Of a stretch of DNA of 64,000 bases, positions 12,073 to 23,476 are shown one piece after another (the stretch's first letter is position 1; every line of letters begins with the position of its first letter). The notes beneath the pieces are model-generated. The model had not been told where the DNA came from. It saw only the letters and a program-made list of their open reading frames with translations, and made no database searches. The position numbers were made by a program, and so were the translations under genes. Origin of the DNA: Marsupella aquatica (lineage: Eukaryota; Plantae; Marchantiophyta); contig OZ316894.1 in NCBI GenBank assembly GCA_973895155.1, positions 18,202,705 through 18,266,704 of the forward strand, written 5' to 3'.

Positions 12073-13737
12073 TCAAAATGTTGCATCCAAAATTTTGCAC
12101 GCAGCTTGAGCATCGGGATCAAAGAAGCTTTCAAGACTCAATTGAACAAGGGTCTTCAGGTGCTCCTTTGTACAAGCTTTCATCATTTTCTTCAATTCAA
12201 GCGAGATAGAGTAAGTATCCCATTCTTGCTGCTGGAAAAAAGTCTGCAGATTCTCAAAATGTGACATTCCAACACCAAATGTCATGTGAGGCACTTCCAC
12301 ATGAGCTTCAATTTTGTCACATTCCATATCGCCTTGTCCTCACCCTCATTGTCCACTACAAATTCTGAAAGGTCTGCGTTTGTATCAAATGTAGGAGCAT
12401 TGGTCAGAGAGTCAACATTGACATACTCTATAACTGATAAATTCACTACATAGGTCAGTGACAAGTGCTGCAAGTGTTCAGCAAGTTCTTCCATTTGATT
12501 CTCAAGATCAGAGTCCTCCAACGGTACGTCAAGGTCAATTTCACGGGAAACTCGATCTGTTCGCTCATCCCTGAAAATTGTCAGACCACAATGTTCCCAA
12601 CAATGTTGAATTGTAGCCTGCGTAACTCCATCATTCCATGCATTTACCACCATCATTACAGCTTGATAGACATCAACTGAAAATGGCTCACCCTTCTCAA
12701 AATCGGCTAGTTGTTTTCGAATGAACAATCTCCGATATTGACACTTAAAGCTCTGAATTATACCTGCATCCATGGGCTGCAGACGTGAGGTGGTGTTTGG
12801 AGGCAAAAACATGACTTTCGTAATTTCCAGCTTGCTGGCAATTGGAGCCAGAAGATGTCCAGGTGCGTTGTCCAACAGCAAGACCACCTTCTTTCGGCCC
12901 AACGATTTCAACAGGCTATCGAATCAAAGCACCCAATCCTGAAAAATGTCGCCCTTCATCCACGCTTTTGAATTGCTATACCACATAATGCCCAAGTTGT
13001 TTGGTAGCTTGATCTTGCGTTGGGAGAAAGCTTGGGGCATTACAACCTTGTTAATGACCAGTGGAGGGAGCTTCATGCTGCCATCCATGTTCGCACACAA
13101 TCCCACTGTGATCCGAGTCTTGTCTTTCTTCTGTCCTTTGATTGCTTTGTCTCGCAAGGACTTGTTTGGCTGCAATCTGAAAAATAGCCCTGTTTCATCC
13201 ATGTTAAAAACATCACAGGGTTCGTAGGCTTGCAATGTAGCCTTGAGAGCTGCGACTTGATCCCATGTATCCTCGGTCACTTGACAAGAGTCAGCTTCAC
13301 CATGCATGACACGCAGTTGAATGTTGTGCCGTTTTTTGAATCCATGCAACCAACCCAAGCTAAACTTGCAATCCTTGACAGCCGGTACCTTTTCCGAGAG
13401 TCGGGCTTGCAATCCCTTAGCTTTCTCAACAATCAAATCCTCAAAAATTGTCACTCGAGCTTCTTGGGCAGTGAGGAACCAACAATACAGGCTTTCTTCC
13501 AGATCTGGGCAAAGTGCACTACGATTTTGTTTGACTTCATTTGCAGTCACATTGGCAAGCAATGAGAAAGATTTCTTCAAGATTCTACCAACAGTAGTTT
13601 GATGTATCTTAGCGCCAAATGTTTCTGAAGCCCATTCAACTAGAGCTTTGTTTGTGAGCTCTGGATGCTTTTGCTTGTGGCGACACATTTCTCGCTTATG
13701 CTTGTGAGTCAGTGTAGTCACCTTCCTTTCCTCCATG
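12073..13737 (-). pseudogene. pogo/Tigger DD33D transposase (CENP-B-type HTH + DDE_1 + C-terminal PIP box), disrupted
   Basis: N-terminal HTH region MEERK..LTHKHKREMC..QTTVGRILK and LEESLYCWF..FSLGWLHGFKKRHNI. Catalytic motifs VFNMDETGLF, LLLDNAPGH and LQPMDAGII, with 33 aa between D2 and D3. In-frame TGA at 12924-12926 (WVL*FDSLLK). A frameshift near 12335 leads into the frame containing QLSLESFF. Confidence 0.93.
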
Positions 13738-16700
13738 TTGATTCCACCTGACAATCCCAATGACTCACGAGCTACAGTACCACAAGCTACAGTGCGTAGC
13801 CATGTTCGCATGAGTGGTGGACCTCGCCACCCAGCGCCCTCACCAAACCCAGCACTCGCACCTAAGTGCCTATGGTGCCCGAACGCCTCCACGGAATACC
13901 TCGAGCAAGCATCCAAGTGCCTCTAGCACCACCTGCGGCCACTCCCATATGAAGTCGCACTTGCTCACCTACACGACCGCTACTCAACGGTCCTCACTAT
14001 CTGCATAAACAACCAAGCACCTCGGTAAGTAATCCCTTCGGATCTAGAACTCGCCCCGTCTAGCATCCTAACTCAAGCTCAACAGACGTTGGTAAATAGG
14101 TCAGCGATAGGTTCTCCCCATGCCATAAGCCAGAACCAAAACCCACGCCCACTGTCCGTCCAGGACAACTCCTTCCTTGGGCGCAGCCCGGGTTCCCCCT
14201 CATACCTATCCATCACCAACTGACCACCCTGACCTCAGGACATGCTCATGGCCCAAATAACGTAGCTTGTCCTAAAGCTTGTCCCAAGCTTGTCTCAACA
14301 CGCCGAGACCAGAACGGCCCCGACTCTAACACCCACTCCCGGTTCGCCCCATTGATGGTCTAGGGACCGAGCGCCCTTGGGACTCAGCCTCCATACCTAC
14401 TTGGCCTTGCCTCCCCAACGCAAGCTCCCTTGGGAGGCTGAACGCGACTTGGCTGCTGTTCGGCAGGATTTGGCAAACGGGCAAGCTAACACCCGCAAAC
14501 CACGAGAACCCATGGCACCCCCAGACCCAGCTGAGCTCAAGAGAGCGTAGCCCTCCTCAAGAGCTTTCCAACGCACCTAAGAAGTGGCACGTTGGGAAGA
14601 TATCGCCATTTCCGTTTGGTGGTTTCCCTTAGTGTCGTGACCGCCGCGGCTCACGACTTTGGCTCGCCCTTAGCCCCCAGGGAGACACCACTCCCTTCAT
14701 ATATGCTTCTGGAGACCTGTCACCCCCGGACCAGCTTTGGTCCCTAAACATTTGGCCCCCAACCCAGATCCCATCGCGTATAATGGGTGCGCCACCAACT
14801 GGCAACGCCCATAACTTACTTGATATGCATTCGCAAGCGGAGTGCCTTAGCCCGTTGTGACCGGGCCGACCCAGTGCTCATGCCTAGGCCCTCAGGTCTG
14901 ATCGCTGCTCGGGGCCCCCAACCGGCCCAACCCGGATCGGGCCACAATTTGCGCCCCAAGCGTCCGCTGCCAATGGTGTCAACTCCATTGGCCTTGGGCC
15001 CAAGAGGAGCTCACTCCCAAGCCCTCAGAACTCAAAGAACTCTTCATATTTCTGTTCCAGGGCTTGGTCTTTTCGAGCGATTCCACGCTCATTTACATAT
15101 ATTTTATAACCGAAAAACCCCGGCTACAATGACAGCAATAGACGCCCCATAATGGTATTTCTTACCAGTCTATGCAATTCCTCGAAGTATACCTAACGAA
15201 TTGGGGAGTCTACCATAGGACTAGTTTTTGTGTCATTATTGGCTCTACCTTTCACTAACACTTCATATGTACGTAGTTCGATTTTTTCTACCAATTCACC
15301 AAAAATTGTTTCGGTTGCTTGTAGCAGATCGCCCCTCCGACGGTCCGGACGGCCATCCTTGAGCCCGGTCCATTTCTCCTTGACCCTACCAGCCATAGGC
15401 TAGTCCAAGTCCTTAGTGTGTGTCCCCAGCTTGGCCCCTTGCCTCGCTAGTGCCATGTCTCATTGCCCACAAGTCTCCCCATGCTAAGTCCTCCCCGGAT
15501 GGCCTATCCGGGCCTGGACTATAAGGGAGCTCGGCGTCGAAGTCAGCGACGCCGGAGCTAAGTGTTAAGGTAGTCGAGTTCCGCGACTGCATGCTCTATG
15601 GACCCAGTAATCAGCCTCGTGCCTTGATCCCTACCCTAATCGGGGCCCTAATTCTTTGACCACTCTCCTTAAGTGCATTATCTACTCTACTAATAATGGG
15701 CATGCCTTTATCGGTAAATGAAATTTCTGGAGTTTATGCATTTACATATAAGCGCATTCAATCACTTATCCAGGGTAAGCGCTTAGAAAGTTGTCATTTA
15801 GCGGAATGATTTTAGCCCTATGCGAGCTTAGAAAAAATGCTTAAAAACCGCTTATCCCGTGTAAAAAAAAGGGAAGAACAAGATGGCATGCAATAATCCA
15901 GGGTAAGTGTTTATGGAGAGTGCATTTAGCCAGAGTTGACTGTATACCTAATGAGTTATTGTGTGAAGCAAACTGCAGCTGTTTCCTCTCATTGCACGGT
16001 CCAAATTTAAGCTTAGAGGGATTGAAAAGAAGACAATGGCCTCTAGGTGTTGTAAAAGCCACCCTAAGCTTACAGTTCTATGTGTAATCACCATAGTTTG
16101 TATTGTGTGGCTCCCATGTGCTACCTTCACAAAACATTTGATATGTGAATCATTCCGTACTAATTACTATGAAATGAAATAAAATGAATCTATCTATTAA
16201 CTATAGTTATGTGGTTGACCTATTTATAGTGAAATCGTAGAGGCGTAGACCATAATCTCTTTGTTAACAAATGTGTTTTATATTTTGACTATGCTGACTG
16301 GCGTGGGGAGTTTAGATACAAGGAACTTTTCCCTACATACACGTATTCAGGCAAGTTGACAACAATATGCTAGGTTTTTTCCCATTAAATATAGACATTA
16401 AACAACCTAAATATGGGGACAATGAATATTTTACAACCTAGAAAATGTACCTACACACACCCCAAAAGAAAGTAAGAAAAAAGTCAAAATGACAGTTCTT
16501 TGCAAATATGGAAATCTTTCTAGGAAGACTTTCCAAGTGGAATTATAGTTACCCTTGAATGCTTGTTCTTTTAATATTGTCATCCTAGTGAGCTCATTTT
16601 ACTATAGAGATACCTCCCTACTTCACCACGTCCATGGCTAGCGCAACAACAGACTTGATGGGGCTCCTATCCAAAAGGAAACATCCCATGAGTCCCATTC

Positions 16701-18489
16701 TTTCAAGTGGGACTCCCTAGGGCCCTGCAGCCTGGCCCTCCCCCATTTTTACTCCCATCCATGCAGCTTGGGGCAGGCATTGCGCAAGCTCATTGACCAG
16801 GCTCCATGGTATGGTCTTGTCACGGCCCGTGTGCCTGTCACAGTTTAAGGTCCGTCATGGTGCACTGTGATTAAGGTCACAAGTGAGAGGCAAGATTCCT
16901 TTGCTTATGCCTCACATCTCTACTCTTAGTTTTGCACTCAAGCTCTTGTGTGTGTCAAGTAGTTCATAGGGGCAAACACAAAGCTCTGCCAGTCAACTTT
17001 ATTGGGTTGCCTACAAGGGAGTGCATTGTCAAAGCTTTGTCGCGATGATGGTCAGAGCTCATGACTGATTCATGTGTTAGGGCGTGATAGTGCCCCGCAC
17101 CATAAACACAGGTTCCACTATGACAGGCCCACACCAAGGAACCTGGCCAAATTTGCAAGATGCCTGTATGTGGCTGTGCACATGGGAGTCAGAAGGGGGA
17201 GGGCCAGGCTGCAGGAACTTGGGCCCCAGGAGGGAGGAGAAGTTTCACAAGGGGTTACAAAAGTATGTCTTACTACACCAGGCACTATACAATGTAAAGT
17301 CATAATGAATATGAAGCTTACTCCATAACATATGTGACAAACATCAAAATTAACAGACTACTACAGACCAAATGTGTTAAGTCATAACATTTGGATGTGA
17401 GTGTTAGAATATGTGGCAAAAACAACATCAAAACTAATTCCCTTCTCACTTGACTTTGATGAGTGTGATAAGTATATATACAAATTACCCATAATACAAG
17501 AATATCTAAAGTTTGTATGATCAGAAAATAACCCATTTTACCCCAAATTCCACATTGGGATTATTAATTAGTTACTGCACAATATGCATATTAGTCACAG
17601 TTCCCTTTCCACTCATCCTTGCCGAGACTCGTAGATTATGGAAATGATTTTGTTTTTCTTTATCCCAACTTGTTCTGATGGCCAGTCTTAGTGGCCCATC
17701 CAACTTCCATGAGTAAAACTTGGGAAAGGCATCATAGCGCAATTTTGGGAATATTCTAAGCATTTTAATAACAACACTGATTGTTCAGTATTGTTCAGAG
17801 ATAATATTTATGACATTGAGGATAATTTGAAAACAATAAAAAATCTGTGCTATCTGACCAAACCTTATCCTTGAGCTTGTACTTCTCTTCTTGCTATGGT
17901 TGATGAAGTGATCTCACTCTACTTCTCCATGTACTTTGCCTCTACAATGGTGACAGAAGTATTTATATTACACTGCCAAAGAACAAAAAGATTTAAACAG
18001 AGAGAATCCCAAAAGAAAGGAGACCAATGAAGGGGAGAAAACAAGAGAAAACCAAGGAAGACCAACCAACCATGAAAGCCCAAACCCTAAAGCCTTATTT
18101 AGCTCCAAAGTAAAACCACACGGGAGAGTCACAAAGAGGAATATGTCTAGAGACACTAAACCAATAGCCTTGGCCCTACAAAGAATAGTGAGTGCCAGAG
18201 CTCTCTAATCACAAAGCAAACCTATAAAATTGATCTCCAAGGTAAAACGTAGCACGTGCCTCCTCCTTGAACCATGTTGCCTTGGCTGCAACAATGTTCG
18301 TGCTTGTAGGATGAACAATGGTCGTATGCCCAAGGCGTGAACTCTTGCTCTAGTAAAAACCAAATCAATCTGTTCCCCGTCCAAAAGCCTATCCTTGGGT
18401 GGAAACACATGACCGTTAATGCTCCATTTCACGACTGTTAATGCTCCATAGTGAAATGGAATCCGGAATCTGAAGTAGTCACTATCACT

Positions 18490-19000
18490 TTGCATTTTGG
18501 GGTGCTCCTCCATAACCAAAACATATAGATTATGATGTTGGGTAAGAGGTAATGGACCAACAAAGCCCAAACTGCATCGTTATCCGAAACCCATGATTGG
18601 CAATGGATATAATTGGGGGAGTGAGAGCATTGACCAATTATCATTGGTACTGTATTGAAGAATTATCAACATGGATAATTTGACCAAAGCCTACGATGTA
18701 GAGTGGAAGACCATTGTCACCTGCTTATCAAACGATTAACACAACAAATACTGCTTGTTTTCCACTAAGAATCGTTTGTATCGTATGACGGGGACACAAA
18801 GGGACGCTATACGGATTAATTTCCTTCTAAGGATGAGTAGATTTGTTTCCACTCTCGGAAATGTATTTTTTGATCAAGTCTACCGACTATACGTGATCAA
18901 GTCCTGTGGACTACCTTGTTCCTACTCCTTCTGGCCTTTGGCAAAGTGTTGTCACCACTCTTCCACTCACAGGGTCGACCAAACCATGTAAGTTTCTCTA
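18490..19000 (-). mobile_element. Degenerate Ty3/gypsy integrase remnant
   Basis: Minus-strand translation SPQLYPLPIMGFG*RCSLGFVGPLPLTQHHNLYVLVMEEH matches the start of the gypsy integrase core (PLP..W.LDF.GPLP.T..GN.Y.LV..EH). Contains stops and frameshifts. Confidence 0.75.
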
Positions 19001-21464
19001 AACATTCATGCTAGGAGAAGAACACAATCGTGCAACCAAGAGAGAGAACACCACACAAGAATTCATGAAAATCCAACTGAATCCATATCTCTTAGTGGAC
19101 AAGGTAACACATTGCATGGGCAACTCGGTCTCCTACCGTCTACCCAACTCCTGCCTCGCGGGACAATGAGCCCTCTCCACCTCAATATTCCGGATCAATT
19201 CCCTATTCTTGTTGAAGGCTAATCCTCACAAAAACAACACTAGACTGAGTTCCCCCCGATTCACTACGGGGCTCCCTCCTAAATACCAAAAAAATGCGCC
19301 AAAGCACCCCTCACGGGGTCACAACGATGGCGGCTACCCTAGCGGCGCCACTAAAACCTCATTCAAGAATTCCCTAACCTAAATCATGCGGCACACACAT
19401 GCTACCTAGAACTCTAATCTAACTACGGGACCGACGGTGCCTTCGACAGTGCCAAACAACAATCTGGAATCCGTAATCCCGGGGAAGTGAGGAGACCCTC
19501 CCATGGTTGAAACCTAAAATATTTCAAACTACTCCCCTGAGGGGAGCCCTGGACAGCCCTACTCCTCCTGCCATAAATGGCACTCAAAATGGATCCCCAA
19601 CGACCAAGATATGATCGTTTAAGTTTTTACAGGACACCGTCCCCCTCCGTTTCGTCCGTACAACACCAGGGGGCCCCAGCTTCTCCCACAATAGGGGTCT
19701 CCAGCTTTGCTGCTGCCGTCTCCACTTCTGGGAAATAACTAGGCTGCCGGATGTACAAATGTCTCTATGGATCCGATGTCGAGAGATTTTTGTCAAAACG
19801 TAATCTAACATGTCTTTACCATCTTAACTCCATTTTGGCCGTGTGACACAACACTGGATTCAGCTTGGCGAGCTCCTTCCAACAAGCCCGTGAACTCCTG
19901 ATTTTGAGATGGTAAAAAATCTGATGTTCGTACAACCAGGGTCCGTACACATGTTGCAAGCAAGCACAAGAGGGAAAGGGTTTAGGGTTCAGGTATGGGT
20001 GGGAACCACACAAGTGAGAATAGAAAAAAAACGGGAAAGAAGAAAGAGTGAGGGCCCCTTCTATGGATGTGTCCTTCTACGGAGTGCTCCTTCTACGGAG
20101 TGCCCCTTTATGGATTGGGGAAGGGAAAGAGAGTAAAACCCATGTGAGTACCACACAAAGGGTGAAGGGGAACACAAGTGTGGGAAACCCTTCCTTCTAA
20201 GGGCCCTCCCACCATCACTATTCCAAGATTGCCTAGTTTTACCATTTTACAAGCATTGAGGTTTCTCAAGATATCACTGTTTGATACAGACCTAAACTCA
20301 ACAAGGGAACCCCAATTTGGCATGGGGCTCATTGAGGGCTTCAAAATGAATCCAAATATGACCATGTTTGGAATATTACTAGCGCAGAAATGTCTGTTTC
20401 AAGTTTCAATGTTTTCTATATTTTGGTCATTATTCCCATTTTGCGCCTTATGTGGAGCCTCCGGCCAGCCCCCACCCCTCCGAGATGCCCACACCGTGCC
20501 TCCAAGTCCTTTGGCTGCCTTGTGGCCTCCTTGTACCCCCTCAATGGTTCCCTTGTCATCCATCATCGCCCGACACCCCTCTCAACTCCGGCCTCCGGTT
20601 ATCGCATCCATTTATTAGAACTAACAAAGATAAAAAATTTGAAAATCCAAACACTTTTACTACACCTACTTATCTTTCTACTTATATACGCAATTATAAG
20701 TCATCTGGTTTGGGGCCTTGTCACAACCATGGTAGATTTAAGTTCAAGGTATTGAGCATGAGGTATAATTTGCCTCTTAAAGACCATATACTGAGGACAA
20801 AATGGAAGAATCTTTTCTCCTGTGTATACATGACCGAAACATGCCATTTATGGTAGGAGGACACCTTTATGACCATGTCTCACTACCACTCATCCGTGGT
20901 AGGAAGGTATGATTACTAAAATAAATAATGCATTTTTTTATACTTTGCTAAACATTATAGTACAATAGACCTAGTGGGTTTTTGTTTTTGACTTTGTTCT
21001 TTGGTTATTGTGGGGGACTTGTTGACTTGTGGACCTCCTCAGTCTTGTTGTGGCCCTTCCTCTTCTGTCCCTTTATTAGGGTGTCTCAAACATCAGCCCG
21101 AGGGAGTTTTGCGGGTGCCCTTGTTAGGATTGGGCGAACATGGCCCCAAAATGTGTGGGACACCCTCAAGCTAGCCTTGCCACTCCTCTCGTGGGGTTTC
21201 TTGATTCTTGGGACACACTGGGTCCAACATCACCACTCGCCAAATTTGACTAATTCCTCCACCCAAAAGTCACACGTGCCGGCTTAAAACTTGAGGCGCA
21301 AAAATTCCTCACTGTCGCTAAAATCAACTGCATCCCTCCTCACGCGCAATGATAACCTCCCGGGAACACCTATGAGGGCCCCATATTTGAGACCCCCTAT
21401 TGGGTTGCTTTGCCACTGGGATCGTGTTCGCAGGTTTGGTGTTTTTTGTACATTGGCAGTGTGA

Positions 21465-22560
21465 TATATTTGATGTACCTAAATTGAATAGGCGATGACC
21501 TGTCAAGGTGATATCTGTGATGTACCTAAATCAATAGCCAATGATTTGTTAAGGTGATATATGTGATGTACCTAAAATGAATAGCTGATGATTTGTTAAG
21601 TTGATATGTGTGCTGTACCTAAAATAAAATGAATAGCCGATGATTTGTTAAGGTGATATCTGTGATGTACCTAGCTAAAATGAATAGCTGAAGATTTATT
21701 AAACCACAACTGCACCTATAAGGAGATTTGTTAAGGTGATATGTGTAATGTACCTCAAATGAAAAGAGGTTCTCCGCTCAGTAGGGTGTTAGCCTTCACG
21801 GCTCCTTTGTTGGTTACTTTTTGTTCCTTGTTTCTTTCATTGTTGGCTTTTGGTTGGGGACCCCTTGGCTTGTTTTTCTTGGGGCCTTTTCCCCTCTTTC
21901 CCTCCCCTTTGTTGGGTTGCTTTGTCTTTGGGATCATGTCTCCCAGTTAGGCATTTGATGAATAGCCTATGATTTGTTAAACCACAATTGCATCCATAAA
22001 GTGCTATGTGTTCCCTGTAGCTCTCATTATAAAATGCATAGATTCAGTTAGCCCATGATTTGTTAAACCATAAGTGCACCCATAAAGGGTTACATGCTAC
22101 CTGTAGCTCTCATTATACAATGCACACAGATTCAGGATTCAGGTAACCTATGATTTGTTAAACCATAACTGCACTGCACCCAGCACCCATAAAGGGCTAC
22201 CTGTTACCTAAAGCTCTCATTATACAATGAGCTCCACCCCATAAAGGGCTACGTGTTACCTGTAGCTCTCATTATACAATGCAGTATAATGCACACTCAT
22301 AGTTACTAGAAAGGAGTTTGAGCTCCACCCCATAAAGGGCTACGTGTTACCTGTAACTCTCATTATACAATGCACACTGATAGTAGTAGAAAGGAGGTTG
22401 AAAGGAGGTTGAGCTCCACAAAGGCACAAAGGTGGAGAATGCTCCGCCTTTTATGGTGGGTAGTGAGGCACAGAATGAGACTTTTATAGTGTGGCAGGTG
22501 GGTGATATGTGTGGGTGATATGTGTGGGTGATATGTGCGATGTACCTAAAAATGAAGAGC
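21465..22560. repeat. Complex minisatellite array upstream of CGEP
   Basis: Repeated ~48-bp units GATTTGTTAAGGTGATATxTGTGATGTACCTAAAATGAATAGC, then ~50-90-bp units CCCATAAAGGGCTACGTGTTACCTGTAGCTCTCATTATACAATG, then GGGTGATATGTGT x3. Confidence 0.9.
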
Positions 22561-22968
22561 CCGATGCTTTGTTAATTAAGATACTGTGTCAAGGTACTGT
22601 GGGGGCGCGCAGCGAGTGACGCACGGGCCTTTGCGAGGGAGTCAGGGAGGGACACGGCAGAAGAGTCGTGAGGCTGTGGCAGCTCTAAGCTCTAAGCTCT
22701 AGCTCGAAGCTCTAAGCTCTAGCAGAGCAGAGCAGACCACACAAGTCCACGAAGTGACGGGAGGAGGGAGTTTCCCCGATGGCACGAACACGACGCGCAA
22801 TTTAGTCGCGCCGATGCCGTGTCCAGACAGATTCATTGAGGCAAGGGCTACGGCATTGCTCGAAGGAATTGTACACTAGTAGTGGAGCTCGGAGCCCAGG
22901 ACGTGATGATGCGTGGAATGTACTTCTGAACTTATATTATACAGAGGCGCAAGGTCAGGGCATTAGCT

Positions 22969-23429
22969 ATGCACTGCGCCAAGCTCTGCCGTGGCTACAG
23001 TGCGGCATCGTCATCGGTCTCGGTCGTTTCGAGGCACGGACAACAGGTTGTGTGGTCGCAAGGAGCAGCAGGATCCGAGCACTTCCTGCCTGGCACTTCT
23101 TCTCCGATTTCACTTGGTGTGAATCGTGTCTGTCGGGCTGAATCCGCGTCGATTCGCAGCAGCGGCAGCAGCAGGATTGGCAGCAGCGGGTCCGCCGGCA
23201 TCGGAGGCTTCGGTGCTCGTGGTTATATAAGCTTCAAGTCCTCTCAGTGGAGAAACTTTACGACCCGCAAAATGCCTAGTCAGCCCCATACATCCCCTGC
23301 TTTCGTCGGGAAGCCCGCGTCATCTGCTAAGGCGGAGCCATACAAGAATGGAGATACCGGTACGGGAGGTAGGTCAACAATCCAACAGCCTTGCCTGGAA
23401 GGAGTATCAATCTCTCTCTCTCTTTAGAT

Positions 23430-23476
<47 letters not shown>

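Larger units (their letters stand above)
10945..15942 (-). mobile_element. pogo/Tigger-type (Tc1/mariner superfamily) DNA transposon, both termini present, inactivated, with BRCT cargo
   Basis: TA TSD at 10943-10944 and 15943-15944. TIRs are CAGTGAACCCTGGATAAACGCACCC and (reverse complement) CAGTCAACTCTGGCTAAATGCACTC. Subterminal (T/A)ATCCAGGG repeats occur at both ends, and a transposase lies inside. Confidence 0.9.

Noticed and set aside
13738-13916. N-terminal 60 aa of the 330-aa transposase ORF
   Set aside because: The HTH domain begins at MEERK, and an acceptor-like site lies just upstream, so the extension is probably intron or UTR.
16819-17338. Possible solo LTR (TGTCAC...GTGACA)
   Set aside because: The inverted ends are present but there is no matching target-site duplication, so support is insufficient.
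21465-22560. CRISPR-like repeat array
   Set aside because: The context is eukaryotic, the units are degenerate tandem copies without unique spacers, and there are no cas genes.
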